From assembly GCA_022707965.1 (NCBI GenBank), contig JAKIZO010000005.1, positions 687 through 64,686 of the forward strand: DNA of 64,000 nt, written 5' to 3'. The stretch's first letter is position 1, and every line of letters starts with the position of its first letter. A program made the position numbers and the translations under genes. Positions 20,782 through 31,011 of this stretch are shown here, piece after piece. Source of the stretch: Bacteroidota bacterium. GTDB taxonomy: Bacteria; Bacteroidota; Ignavibacteria; Kapaibacteriales; UBA2268. The notes under the pieces are model-generated. The model searched no databases. It was not told where the DNA came from and saw only the letters and a program-made list of their open reading frames with translations.

Positions 20782-22110
20782 ATGGACGAAGAAAACTTAT
20801 CTAAACACAAAAAACGTATTTTTATACTACCTGCGTTTGTATTACTGCTTGTTCTTGGGGCTTATCTCAGTTTTCAGCATTTTTCCTCAACCGCAGATAA
20901 TCAATTTATTGCAGATACTACCAGCACAAACACACTCGAAGAAGACAAAGAATTTATCGAAGCTGTTATTCCAATCGTCGATTCAACCGAACAATACATA
21001 ATTATGAGCTCGCAGGACGATATTTCAGTTGCTATCGACAATTCCGCCGGTAAATCTATCAAGCAAATCTATAACGGACGCCGTATCAACATCGCTGTTA
21101 CAGGAGTGGACAGCCGCCTCGGCACAAACACTCGTCACGCCGATGCAAACCACATTATCTCTTTGCTGATTGATAGCGGCAAAATTGAACTTTTTGCTAT
21201 ACCAAGAGATACTTACGTCGATTGCGGCTACGACGATAGCACCGGCTTGAACAAACTTACCGTTCTGCGTGCCGGATCTGGTCGCGAACGCTACCTTCGC
21301 GAACTTGCTAATATTGCCCGCCTCGATAAAATTCACTACTGGGTTGAATTTGGCTTTTCCCAGGCTATGGGATTAATCGAACTGCTCGGTTATAGCAATC
21401 CAAAAGCAACTCTACGTGTCCTTCGTTCGCGTAAAGGTCTCGGTGGCGACGACTACCAGCGCGTCTATAACCAGTCGCAATTTATTCGCCAGTCAATTCT
21501 ACGCCACTTTGGAAAACTCGACGGCCAATTCGGTGCTTTGCTCGTCCGCGCCGGGCTCGCTTTGGTCGAAACTAACCTCACTTTCGACATTGTTAACGAA
21601 CTTTACGAACAAATGAAAAATAAAGGTTTTCCTCATTCTGCTTCCGATATTAAAGTGTTTGTACGTCCGCCCGTTCCAATCAACTACAAGGTTTACGATT
21701 TTACCGATGAAGAAACTATTGCCGAACTACGAATGAAAATCGATAGGTTCTATCGCTATAACGAAGCAAACGCCGATAGCAATAATCGAAATATTGAAGT
21801 GAACCCACTGCGTCTTCTGCAAAAAGCTATCTCGTCTGCTGCCGCAGATACTGCTCGCAATCCGCAAGCCTCTATCAACAAACTTCGAACTTATTTCGAC
21901 CAGCGTTCCTGGTACCAAATTGATGACCACAACGAACGCATTCGGCTTCGCGACGAAATGGCTGATATTTTAATTACCGCCTACATCAAAAGAAAAAAAA
22001 TAGATGAAGCTGAAAGAGTAAAACACATTATTGAAATTGAAAACAAGCTATTGAAAAACAAGCAAATTTCGGATAAATATGAAGAAAGTGATAATAGCTC
22101 GGCACGCTAA
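20782..22110 (+). CDS. LytR/CpsA/Psr (LCP)-like protein with N-terminal membrane anchor
   Basis: A TM segment (IFILPAFVLLLVLGAYL) is followed by INIAVTGVDSR...HADANHIISL...ELFAIPRDTYVD, which resembles the LCP core. The long C-terminal region is unassigned. Confidence 0.55.
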   Translation: MDEENLSKHKKRIFILPAFVLLLVLGAYLSFQHFSSTADNQFIADTTSTNTLEEDKEFIEAVIPIVDSTEQYIIMSSQDDISVAIDNSAGKSIKQIYNGRRINIAVTGVDSRLGTNTRHADANHIISLLIDSGKIELFAIPRDTYVDCGYDDSTGLNKLTVLRAGSGRERYLRELANIARLDKIHYWVEFGFSQAMGLIELLGYSNPKATLRVLRSRKGLGGDDYQRVYNQSQFIRQSILRHFGKLDGQFGALLVRAGLALVETNLTFDIVNELYEQMKNKGFPHSASDIKVFVRPPVPINYKVYDFTDEETIAELRMKIDRFYRYNEANADSNNRNIEVNPLRLLQKAISSAAADTARNPQASINKLRTYFDQRSWYQIDDHNERIRLRDEMADILITAYIKRKKIDEAERVKHIIEIENKLLKNKQISDKYEESDNSSAR

Positions 22111-22597
22111 ATCCAGCTGGGACAATCCCGATTGGAACGACTTCGAACGCCCGCTGAACAAACGTGGGCTTCGTGATGCCCCTTTTATGTCTCAAATCGT
22201 TGCCAAATTAATCGAAAAACCTGATTTAATAATTAGTTCCTCGGCTGTTCGGGCTGCTACCACCTGCCGCTTTTTTGCCGAAGCTTTCCACTACGACGAA
22301 AGCAAAATTCTGTTCGATGAGAACATCTATTCAAATGGTGCCCGCTATATCCTGAACCTTCTTTCTTCGCTTGATGATAATATTAATTCTGTTATGATTT
22401 TCGGGCACAACCCCGATATTACTTCACTTTTCTCACGGCTTACGGGCGAATATATCGACAATGTCCCTACTTGTGGCGTTTTTGCTGTCGCTTTCGATAT
22501 CGAGAGCTGGAAAAATATTGACGATGAAAATGGGCAATTGCTATTTTACGAATACCCGAAAAAACATTTCAAAGGTGATAAAACAATTATTGATTAA
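22079..22597 (+). CDS. Histidine phosphatase family protein (SixA-like)
   Basis: N-terminal IIARHAKSSW (RHG-type motif), an internal GHNP, about 170 aa. It overlaps the preceding gene by 32 nt. Confidence 0.65.
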   Translation: MKKVIIARHAKSSWDNPDWNDFERPLNKRGLRDAPFMSQIVAKLIEKPDLIISSSAVRAATTCRFFAEAFHYDESKILFDENIYSNGARYILNLLSSLDDNINSVMIFGHNPDITSLFSRLTGEYIDNVPTCGVFAVAFDIESWKNIDDENGQLLFYEYPKKHFKGDKTIID

Positions 22598-25152
22598 TCG
22601 ATGCTTTTGCGTGCTATTGCCACAAGTATCCGCAAAATAGCATAATCAATTTCTTCTACTAAATTGTCTCGAAGCCTGCTGAGCGTAATCGCAGGCTTTT
22701 TGTATATTATTTGCTTGATTTTATTGAATGTTTTGCTATCGGTAAGCAGACGCCAATCAAGCGTAATCTGGTCGTTCATTATTCCATCTTGCACAAGTCG
22801 GGCAATTGTCCCCTTGTCTGTCTTGTAAATCTTAGCAATTTCCACAATTTCTTTCTTTTCGTTGAACAATCTTACAATATTCAGGAGCTCGTGGTCAATT
22901 ATTTGTTCTTCCTCGCTTTGCTCGAAACCTTGATTTACTGCACGATAAAAATCTTGCCCGTATTTATCCAGAATATAGCGGCTTATGCCAGGAACCTGGC
23001 AAAACTCTTTGTAACTCAGGGTCGGTTTGCGAGCAATTTCCCTCAGAGCCTTGTCGCTTGCTACCGAACGTTCAGTAATCCCCTCGCTTTGAGCAATTTG
23101 TTGCCGCACTGCTTTCAATTTTTCAATCAATTCATTGTCCGAAGCAGGTTCGGCGAACGCTTTGCCAATATGTTGCAATCCTTCGGGTGTTATGCTCAAT
23201 ATGGGATACATTCCCGACGAAACTTGTAACAACCGCCGCGAAATCGCATTGTCTATCACATACTTAATATCATACTCCGAAAATTCACTCAACGCACCAA
23301 ATAGTTCCATCTCATTTAACTGGTATTTCCTTATTTTAACGTTGCTTTTGCCTTGTAGCAACTGAATAAAAACCGTTTTCCCAAATTTATTGTTAATTTG
23401 ATGAACTGCATTAAGCAACGTTTTCAAAATCAACTCACGCTTCTGCAATGTTGCTCTTGTGCTGCTTTTGCTTCTGCAGGAAGAGCATCGCCCGCAAATT
23501 GAAGTGTAGCTATCGTCCCGAAAATAATCAAGTATGTAATTCCGCTTGCAATTTGTTGTATAAGCATAGTTTATTACATTGTTCAGCTTCGAAATAGCAA
23601 TTTTGCGTCTCTCTTGTATTTCCTCATAGTTAATCTTGCTTGCTAATACTGCTTTGGAAGTTTCCAATAATTTAATTTCGCCCGCAAGCGAACCATTTTC
23701 GTATTCTATGAAACGCAGAATTGACAGTGTTTTCAAAGTGTCTTCGAGTATTTTCTGATGAATATTAAACTTTACCATTATCTGCCCAACGTCCAATTCC
23801 ACAGGACGGCGAAATGCCTCAGCCGAAACTTGCTTCAATATCGCTGTAAGTGCGTCTCGACGCTCCTGGGTAGTGTTTTGCAGAAAATTTCGCACTTCTT
23901 CCGTTGTAGCAAGAAACTTAATTTGTGCAGCCACATTTCGGCGTGATAATTCAATTATTCCCGCCCTTTCCAATATTTCGAGCGACGAGGCAAAACGACC
24001 TTCGCTAATTGCAGCCTGATTTGCCAATTCCGCAACTGGCAGGGCAACTCGCTTGCTCTGGTCTGCGCAGCTGATTAGTGTGATGAAAACCCTTTCAAAG
24101 TCCTCTTGCTCGGGGTAGCGGTTCGATATAAAGAATTCCTGCAATGCAATATCTTGATTGTTGTGCAGCAAGTAGCAACTCGCAGGAAGTCCGTCGCGAC
24201 CGGCTCGTCCCGCCTCCTGGTAATATGCTTCCAAAGTGCCTGTGTAGTCGCAGTGAACCACGTTTCTCACATCGGGCTTGTCTATGCCCATTCCAAACGC
24301 GTTTGTTGCAACAATAACTGGGTACTCGCCCGATAAAAACAAATTTTGTGAGTTTGTCCTTTGCTCTGTGGGCATTCCCGCGTGATATGCCACACACTGA
24401 AAACGCAAACTTTCCAGCTGCCTGGCAATTTCTTCCACTCTATTCCGTGAACCGCAATAGATAATCGTCGAACCTTTCGGCGTCGATTTAAGTATTTCCG
24501 AGATTTTCTCAATTTTCTGATTTGTCTCGATTGTATGATAAGATAAATTCGGTCGGTCGAACCCTTTAACGAATTTTCTTACATTCCTCATTCGCAAATA
24601 TCGCACTATGTCTTCCTGCACTTCGACACCCGCTGTTGCAGTGAAAGCCGAAATTGGGCGTATATCCAGATTTTCCAGCGCTTTGGAAATATTCAGGTAA
24701 GCGGGGCGGAAGTCGTGTCCCCACTCGGATATGCAGTGTGCTTCGTCCACCGCAAGAAACGAGATTTTAATATGAGCAAGCAATCTTTTGAAAAAGTCGT
24801 TTTCCAATCGCTCGGGGGCAATATAGACTATCTTGTATTGTCCGAGAAGAGTGTTTCGCATCCTCTCTTGCAATTCCTCGAATGGAAGCGAACTATTTAT
24901 GAAGGTTGCCGCTATTCCACGAGCAATTAGTGCATCCACCTGGTCTTTCATCAAAGCAATAAGCGGCGAAACCACAATTGCAGTGCCATCGAGCATAAGC
25001 GCCGGTATCTGGTAGCAAATTGATTTCCCGCCACCTGTCGGCATAATTGCAAGTGTGTCGTTCCCCGCAAGAATAGACTTGATTATTTCCTCTTGCCCCG
25101 ACCGAAATGATTTATATCCGAAATATTTTTGCAAAACTTCAATTGGTTCCAT
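22594..25152 (-). CDS. recQ: ATP-dependent DNA helicase RecQ (long form, 852 aa)
   Basis: FGYKSFRSGQEEII, MPTGGGKS, DEAHCISEWGHDFRP, the Zn-finger cysteines CGRCSSC and an HRDC-like segment. There is extra C-terminal sequence relative to roughly 600-aa RecQ proteins. Confidence 0.93.
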   Translation of the reverse strand: MEPIEVLQKYFGYKSFRSGQEEIIKSILAGNDTLAIMPTGGGKSICYQIPALMLDGTAIVVSPLIALMKDQVDALIARGIAATFINSSLPFEELQERMRNTLLGQYKIVYIAPERLENDFFKRLLAHIKISFLAVDEAHCISEWGHDFRPAYLNISKALENLDIRPISAFTATAGVEVQEDIVRYLRMRNVRKFVKGFDRPNLSYHTIETNQKIEKISEILKSTPKGSTIIYCGSRNRVEEIARQLESLRFQCVAYHAGMPTEQRTNSQNLFLSGEYPVIVATNAFGMGIDKPDVRNVVHCDYTGTLEAYYQEAGRAGRDGLPASCYLLHNNQDIALQEFFISNRYPEQEDFERVFITLISCADQSKRVALPVAELANQAAISEGRFASSLEILERAGIIELSRRNVAAQIKFLATTEEVRNFLQNTTQERRDALTAILKQVSAEAFRRPVELDVGQIMVKFNIHQKILEDTLKTLSILRFIEYENGSLAGEIKLLETSKAVLASKINYEEIQERRKIAISKLNNVINYAYTTNCKRNYILDYFRDDSYTSICGRCSSCRSKSSTRATLQKRELILKTLLNAVHQINNKFGKTVFIQLLQGKSNVKIRKYQLNEMELFGALSEFSEYDIKYVIDNAISRRLLQVSSGMYPILSITPEGLQHIGKAFAEPASDNELIEKLKAVRQQIAQSEGITERSVASDKALREIARKPTLSYKEFCQVPGISRYILDKYGQDFYRAVNQGFEQSEEEQIIDHELLNIVRLFNEKKEIVEIAKIYKTDKGTIARLVQDGIMNDQITLDWRLLTDSKTFNKIKQIIYKKPAITLSRLRDNLVEEIDYAILRILVAIARKSID

Positions 25153-25283
25153 TCTTAAAAATAATCATTATTTTTCTTTTTTACTGCATAGTTCGTTGAA
25201 TATATCAATTGATTAATTTTCATAGATTTATTAATTTGCACTTCTTTTAAATTGCTATTTTTGAATTAATTACGGAATGGATA

Positions 25284-26747
25284 ATGAGCGTTAGAGTAAG
25301 ATTTGCACCTTCCCCAACCGGTTACCTTCACGTTGGTGGGTTGCGGACAGCACTTTACAACTACCTTTTTGCTCGTCATCACGGTGGGCAATGCGTATTG
25401 AGAATAGAAGATACCGATAGAACTCGTTTCGTCGAAAATGCACAGGAAAATTTAATAAAATCGCTTCGCTGGGCGGGCATCGAATTCGACGAAAGCCCCG
25501 AAGTCGGCGGTCCGTATGGTCCCTACGTCCAATCTGAACGCTTCGATTTATATCGCAAGTATGCAATGGAACTTTTAGAACGTGGTGCTGCATACTATGC
25601 TTTCGATACACCGGAAGAACTCGATGCTATGCGCGAGCGCCAGCAAAAAGCCGGCATTGCACCAAAATACGACCGTTCCACTATGCGCAATCAATTCACA
25701 CTCGGACAGGAAGAAACACAACGTCTGATTGATAGCGGCGCCCCCTACGTTATTAGAATGAAAGTGCCAATAACGGGCGAAATTCGTTTCAGCGACCTAA
25801 TTCGCGGTGAAGTGGTTGTCTCGGGCAAGGACGTCGACGACCAGATTTTGCTTAAATCCGATGGCTTCCCGACCTACCACCTTGCTAATGTTGTCGACGA
25901 CCATTTAATGAAAATTACACACGTTATCCGCGGCGAAGAATGGCTGCCTTCCACCCCGAAGCACGTTCTGCTTTACGATGCTTTCGGCTGGGAACGCCCA
26001 CAATTTGCTCATTTGCCTTTGCTACTGAACAAGGACAAAACTAAACTCAGCAAGCGCCAGGGGTCTGTTGCTGTCGAAGATTTCGTCGAACGCGGCTATT
26101 TCAAAGAAGCTTTCGTCAATTTTATCGCTCTGCTTGGCTGGAACCCCACCGCAGACCGCGAAATCTTCTCTATGGACGAACTCATCGCAACTTTCTCGCT
26201 CGAAAAAGTTAATAAAGCCGGTGCAGTCTTCGACACACAAAAACTTGACTGGATGAATTCCCAATATCTGCGTGCTTTCGAACCCGCCGAACTTGTTCGC
26301 CGACTGAAACCCTATATGTCCGACGAAATGCTCAGTAAATTCAGTGATGATTATATCGAGAAAGTTATTGTTCTTCTTCGCGAAAGAATCGATATTCTCC
26401 GCGATGTGCTTACTTTCGGCGACTATATGTTCGATAAACCCAAAAACTACGACCCCGATTATTTGCAAAAGCACTGGAAGGACACCACTCTTGAACTTAT
26501 CAAACCTTTGATTGACATCTTCCGTTCCGTTGAAGTATGGGAACACAAGCATCTTCACGACGAAACAATGAAATATGTCGAAAGTCGTTCTGTTAAACTA
26601 AAAGATGTTATTCATCCAATTCGCGTGATGATTACCGGAAAATCTGTCGGTGCTGGTATGTTCGAAACAATGGAAGTGCTTGGAAAGCAAGAATGTATCG
26701 AACGTTTTGACCTCTTTGTCGAAAAAAAAGAGAAAGGTTTGCTCTAA
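25284..26747 (+). CDS. gltX: Glutamate--tRNA ligase
   Basis: VRVRFAPSPTGYLHVGGLRTAL (HIGH-type) and KLSKR (KMSKS-type); 487 aa. Confidence 0.95.
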   Translation: MSVRVRFAPSPTGYLHVGGLRTALYNYLFARHHGGQCVLRIEDTDRTRFVENAQENLIKSLRWAGIEFDESPEVGGPYGPYVQSERFDLYRKYAMELLERGAAYYAFDTPEELDAMRERQQKAGIAPKYDRSTMRNQFTLGQEETQRLIDSGAPYVIRMKVPITGEIRFSDLIRGEVVVSGKDVDDQILLKSDGFPTYHLANVVDDHLMKITHVIRGEEWLPSTPKHVLLYDAFGWERPQFAHLPLLLNKDKTKLSKRQGSVAVEDFVERGYFKEAFVNFIALLGWNPTADREIFSMDELIATFSLEKVNKAGAVFDTQKLDWMNSQYLRAFEPAELVRRLKPYMSDEMLSKFSDDYIEKVIVLLRERIDILRDVLTFGDYMFDKPKNYDPDYLQKHWKDTTLELIKPLIDIFRSVEVWEHKHLHDETMKYVESRSVKLKDVIHPIRVMITGKSVGAGMFETMEVLGKQECIERFDLFVEKKEKGLL

Positions 26748-26750
26748 ATT

Positions 26751-27260
26751 ATGTTCTGGGCTAATTTAATAGCGAAAATTCAGACGCACACAAGTATGAC
26801 CAAAAATGAGATTTATGCTATTCTCTTCATTTTTGGTTTTGGATTTTTGGGATTTGCCTTGAAATCGCTCAATGCAAATGAAATTTTTATCTCAAATGAT
26901 GAATATAATTCCGCGACCGTAAGTGCTATGAAGGTGGAACGTTCCACCTTCATTAGCACTGATTTCCGCAACAATCCAAATCCTTTGCTTGCTTCTGCTG
27001 ATACCCTAAAGCCAAAAGAAACATTTTTCCCACGCCCGAACAGACCTTCGAAAAAATCGGAATTTAGCGGAATTTTCAATATCAATACTGCTTCGAAAGT
27101 GCAGCTTATGCAACTTCCCGGCATCGGCGAGAAAACAGCCCTTGCGATTATCGAATACCGCAACAACAAAAAATTCAACTCAATTGAAGAAATTATGAAC
27201 GTCAAAGGCATTGGACCGAAAAAGTTCGAGAAAATTAAAAACAACATTACGGTTCAGTAA
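26751..27260 (+). CDS. ComEA-like helix-hairpin-helix DNA-binding protein
   Basis: An N-terminal TM segment and the C-terminal INTASKVQLMQLPGIGEKTALAIIEYR....F.SIEE...VKGIGPKKFEKIK. Confidence 0.85.
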   Translation: MFWANLIAKIQTHTSMTKNEIYAILFIFGFGFLGFALKSLNANEIFISNDEYNSATVSAMKVERSTFISTDFRNNPNPLLASADTLKPKETFFPRPNRPSKKSEFSGIFNINTASKVQLMQLPGIGEKTALAIIEYRNNKKFNSIEEIMNVKGIGPKKFEKIKNNITVQ

Positions 27261-27261
27261 G

Positions 27262-28440
27262 GTGCCACCTATTGGCGTATATATTCACTTCCCATTTTGC
27301 AAAAGAAAATGCCATTACTGCGATTTTTATTCAATCACCAATCTGAAAGAAATACCCGATTACATCAATTACTTGCTGAAAGAGATAGAACTTCGGTGCC
27401 AAACTCTTGCCGAACAATCCAAGATTGAGACCAACAAAATCGACACAATTTTTATCGGCGGCGGCACTCCGTCGCTAATTAACCCTCGTTATATTGAAAA
27501 AATTATCGCTACAATTGATAAATATTTCGATATTACTTCCAATGCGGAAATAACGCTCGAATGCAATCCTGCCGCAAGCGATGCGAAACATTTTCCCGAT
27601 TATGCCGCACTTGGAATAAATCGAATTAGCATCGGGGTGCAATCTTTTCTTGATGATGAACTTCGGTTTTTGCAGCGACTGCACTCTGCAAGCGAAGCCA
27701 TTGCAACAATCGAAGCTGCACGAAAATACTTCAACAATCTCTCAATCGACCTGATTTTCGGGCTTCCCGAGCAAACTTTTGATAATATCAACAAGTCGCT
27801 TTCGCAAGCGATTGCACTTGATTTGCCACATATTTCCTGCTATGCTTTGATTTACGAGGAAGGCACACCGCTATTCGAGGATTTGCTTGCGGGCAAAGTT
27901 AGCCCAATTGCTGACGAAGAAAGTGCCGACTATTACCTGCAAATCAGCGATTTCCTTCGCTTGCGTGGCTACGAACACTACGAAATTTCGAACTTTGCTC
28001 GTTCGGGGTTTCGCTGTCGCCACAACATAAAATACTGGACTTGCTCGGACACTCTTGCTTTCGGTGCGTCTTCGGTTGGTATGATTGCGGGTTCTCGCTA
28101 TAAAAATGTTTCGAATGTCGCAAAATATTTCGCATTTTTGGGCAAGGGACTTCGTCCCGAAGAATATTCCGAGAAATTATCATCAGAAGAACGCCTAACC
28201 GAGCGTGTTTATCTCTCACTTCGCTATCTTGGCTTGAAATTTGAAGATTTTGCTGCAGAATTTGGTGTTGATTTATTAGCAATTCTTTGCAACGAAATTG
28301 AGGTGCTGGTCGCTTCGGATTTTGCAACATTCGAAAATAAAACACTAAAACTAACGCCAAAAGGTTATTATATTTGCGATGAGATTACTTTACGATTATT
28401 GAAAAAATTAGAGAAAGCAAATGTTCAAAATATTCGATAG
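27262..28440 (+). CDS. hemW: Radical SAM HemW/HemN-like protein
   Basis: YIHFPFCKRKCHYCDF is a CxxxCxxC radical SAM motif. GTG 27262 lies just after the comEA stop. The ORF-track start at 27211 overlaps comEA. Confidence 0.85.
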   Translation: MPPIGVYIHFPFCKRKCHYCDFYSITNLKEIPDYINYLLKEIELRCQTLAEQSKIETNKIDTIFIGGGTPSLINPRYIEKIIATIDKYFDITSNAEITLECNPAASDAKHFPDYAALGINRISIGVQSFLDDELRFLQRLHSASEAIATIEAARKYFNNLSIDLIFGLPEQTFDNINKSLSQAIALDLPHISCYALIYEEGTPLFEDLLAGKVSPIADEESADYYLQISDFLRLRGYEHYEISNFARSGFRCRHNIKYWTCSDTLAFGASSVGMIAGSRYKNVSNVAKYFAFLGKGLRPEEYSEKLSSEERLTERVYLSLRYLGLKFEDFAAEFGVDLLAILCNEIEVLVASDFATFENKTLKLTPKGYYICDEITLRLLKKLEKANVQNIR

Positions 28441-29809
28441 ATATCTACTACGCGCTCACATTGCACCATTTTTGTTTGGTTTTTGCACTGTAATTTTTCT
28501 TTTTCTGATGCAATTTTTGATGAAGTATCTCGATAGGCTTGTCGGCAAAGGAATAGACGTTTGGGTGATTCTGCAACTTATCGCGTATAATATTGCTTGG
28601 ATGGTGGTGCTTGCTGCTCCGATGGGCGTGCTTTTCTCGACCTTGATGGCATTCGGCAATTTGTCTTCGAACCACGAAATTACAATAATCAAAGCAAGTG
28701 GCGGCAGCCTCATTAGAATGATGACCCCAATTATTGTCGTTTCAGCCTTTCTTACTCTTGCGCTTTTCTGGTTCAACGATAGAATTCTTCCCGAAACTAA
28801 CCTGCGCGCAAAAACTCTTATGGGCGATATTACTCGAACTAAACCGACATTTATATTAGAATCGGGGCAGTTTTCCACCGAAATCGAGGGCTACACTATT
28901 ATTGCTCGCAAGGTTGATTCTTTGACGGGGCTTTTGCGTGGCGTTACTATTTACGATTTAACGGGAATGGCTTCCCGCAACATTATTTCTGCTGATACTG
29001 GAACTTTGAATTTCACACCCGATTATAGCAAATTGATTTTGAAACTTCGCAATGGCGAAATTCATCAGCTCCAATCTGGTAGAGCAAGCAACTATAAAAT
29101 AGTCGAGTTTGTTGATTACCAGATTATGATGAACGCAAGCGGTTTTTCTTTCCAGCGTTCGGATATTGATGGCACTGCACGCGGCGACCGTGAAATGCGA
29201 ATTAGCGATATGCAGCAAATTGTAAATGAATCAATGAAATACGTTGAAATTGCTCGCAATAATAAATCAAAAACAATTAATGCACATCTTGACTACATTC
29301 TCCATAGCAAAACTCCACTGGAAACAGATGAATCGCGAGTTGTTTCCAGCGATTTTGCTTATATAGATACTTCCTGGCAAGCTCGCACCAGCCGCATCAC
29401 TCAAAGACTGAGCTTTCTCGAAACAACTGTTCGCTCTAATTCTTACGCCGAAAGGGACTACACTTTGCGAGCTAATCAATACCTTGTCGAAATTTACAAA
29501 AAATACGCAATACCGTTTGCTTGCTTTGTGTTTGTATTCGTTGGTTGCCCGCTGGGAATTATTGCTCGCCGTGGGAATTTTGGGATTAGTGCCTCGATTA
29601 GTCTTGGCTTCTACATTTTCTACTGGGCTTGCCTTATCGGCGGCGAGAAATTAGCCGACCGCGGTTTTATCGAACCCTGGCTTGCTATGTGGGCAGGTAA
29701 TATTATTATCGGTATTGTCGGAATTTTGCTAACCTTGCGCACCAGCTACGAAACTCTGGAATTTCTGAACATTTCGAAGTATTTTAAACGCAAAGTTGCT
29801 ACGAACTAA
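28421..29809 (+). CDS. LptF/LptG-family LPS export permease
   Basis: MFKIFDRYLLR..I.PF is the YjgP/YjgQ N-terminal signature. TM helices flank a large periplasmic domain. Confidence 0.85.
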   Translation: MFKIFDRYLLRAHIAPFLFGFCTVIFLFLMQFLMKYLDRLVGKGIDVWVILQLIAYNIAWMVVLAAPMGVLFSTLMAFGNLSSNHEITIIKASGGSLIRMMTPIIVVSAFLTLALFWFNDRILPETNLRAKTLMGDITRTKPTFILESGQFSTEIEGYTIIARKVDSLTGLLRGVTIYDLTGMASRNIISADTGTLNFTPDYSKLILKLRNGEIHQLQSGRASNYKIVEFVDYQIMMNASGFSFQRSDIDGTARGDREMRISDMQQIVNESMKYVEIARNNKSKTINAHLDYILHSKTPLETDESRVVSSDFAYIDTSWQARTSRITQRLSFLETTVRSNSYAERDYTLRANQYLVEIYKKYAIPFACFVFVFVGCPLGIIARRGNFGISASISLGFYIFYWACLIGGEKLADRGFIEPWLAMWAGNIIIGIVGILLTLRTSYETLEFLNISKYFKRKVATN

Positions 29810-30998
29810 CTCGTTCGTATTCTGCTTTCATCAATGCAATTTCGAATTCATTAAGCGATTTCCCTCGCCGCTTCATCATTGCTTGCGCAGTTTCGATGGC
29901 TTGCTCGAATGTGTGAGTTTTGCTTCCTTCGCCGCCGCCCCAGGTGAATGACGGTATCTGGCTTGGGAAAAATCCCGAATGAAACAAATTGCAATGTATT
30001 CCGCAGGTGGTTCCAGTTGTAAATTGCGTGTTGATTGCTGTTTTGGTGTGGTCGCCCGCCATTAGCCCTATGAACATTTTGTCTGTCGGCACACGCTTTC
30101 CCGGCAACCTCATAACAATATTTGAATATGTGTTTTTTAGGTCAGAATTGTTTGTGTCCGCACCGAAATTCACCCATTCGCCAACAAACGAGTGACCTAA
30201 AAATCCTTCGTGTTGCTTGTTGGAATATCCTTGAAATACTACTGCTTCGAGTTCGCCGCCCACTTTACAGTATTCGCCAAACGAGCAATTTTCATATATT
30301 TTTGCTATTGCTTTGATAAGCGTTTTTTTCCCGATGTATGCCGGACCAAAAATTACGCTATTTGCCATAACTTTTGCTTCGTCGTCTATGATGATTGCGC
30401 CTTTGCTGGCGTCCAGAACCACTCCAGGCATAATTTCTACATCCCGACCTACATAAATCTCGCTTCCTATCAGATGAGTGCCAGAATATGGGTTTGTAAT
30501 GTTTTTTATCTGTTGAAGTCGCCCTTTAATCAATAGTAAATCATTGTTTATTTGATTGCCATTTATATCAATAATTTCCCAGATATAGTTTATTGTTTTT
30601 GCTTCTATTTCTACATTGATTTTTTCGCTTTCTTTATCCGAGAATTGTTTGAATTCGGCAACTATTTTGCCTTTGCTACTGAATGAAATATCCTTTGAGT
30701 GATTTGCCGAAACTGCAAACTTTATTTCTTCAATTAGCGCGAAGTCGGGAATTATATTCCCATCAATGAACAATACATTTTTGTCAAACTCGGGATTTGC
30801 TAACTTATTACGCTCTAAAAAAGACGACTTTCGCAATTCATCGCTTTCATAAGCAAACGAAACATCAGGCAAGAGCAATTTCCATCGTTCATAATTTTTC
30901 AGGCAACCGCAAAAAAATTCGTACGAAGGGTGCAAAATAGAAAATGGATACAAATTTTCTAAATCTTGTGGGTCACGCAGAACTATTGTGTTAATCAT
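29799..30998 (-). CDS. Putative sugar nucleotidyltransferase with left-handed beta-helix (hexapeptide) C-terminal domain
   Basis: Hexapeptide-like repeats (IGSEIYVGRDVEIMPGVVLDASKGAIIIDDEAKVMANSVIFGPAYIGKKTLI...) follow an N-terminal alpha/beta region. The function is not assigned precisely. Confidence 0.5.
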   Translation of the reverse strand: MINTIVLRDPQDLENLYPFSILHPSYEFFCGCLKNYERWKLLLPDVSFAYESDELRKSSFLERNKLANPEFDKNVLFIDGNIIPDFALIEEIKFAVSANHSKDISFSSKGKIVAEFKQFSDKESEKINVEIEAKTINYIWEIIDINGNQINNDLLLIKGRLQQIKNITNPYSGTHLIGSEIYVGRDVEIMPGVVLDASKGAIIIDDEAKVMANSVIFGPAYIGKKTLIKAIAKIYENCSFGEYCKVGGELEAVVFQGYSNKQHEGFLGHSFVGEWVNFGADTNNSDLKNTYSNIVMRLPGKRVPTDKMFIGLMAGDHTKTAINTQFTTGTTCGIHCNLFHSGFFPSQIPSFTWGGGEGSKTHTFEQAIETAQAMMKRRGKSLNEFEIALMKAEYERVSS

Positions 30999-31011
30999 TT
31001 CAAAGCTCCAA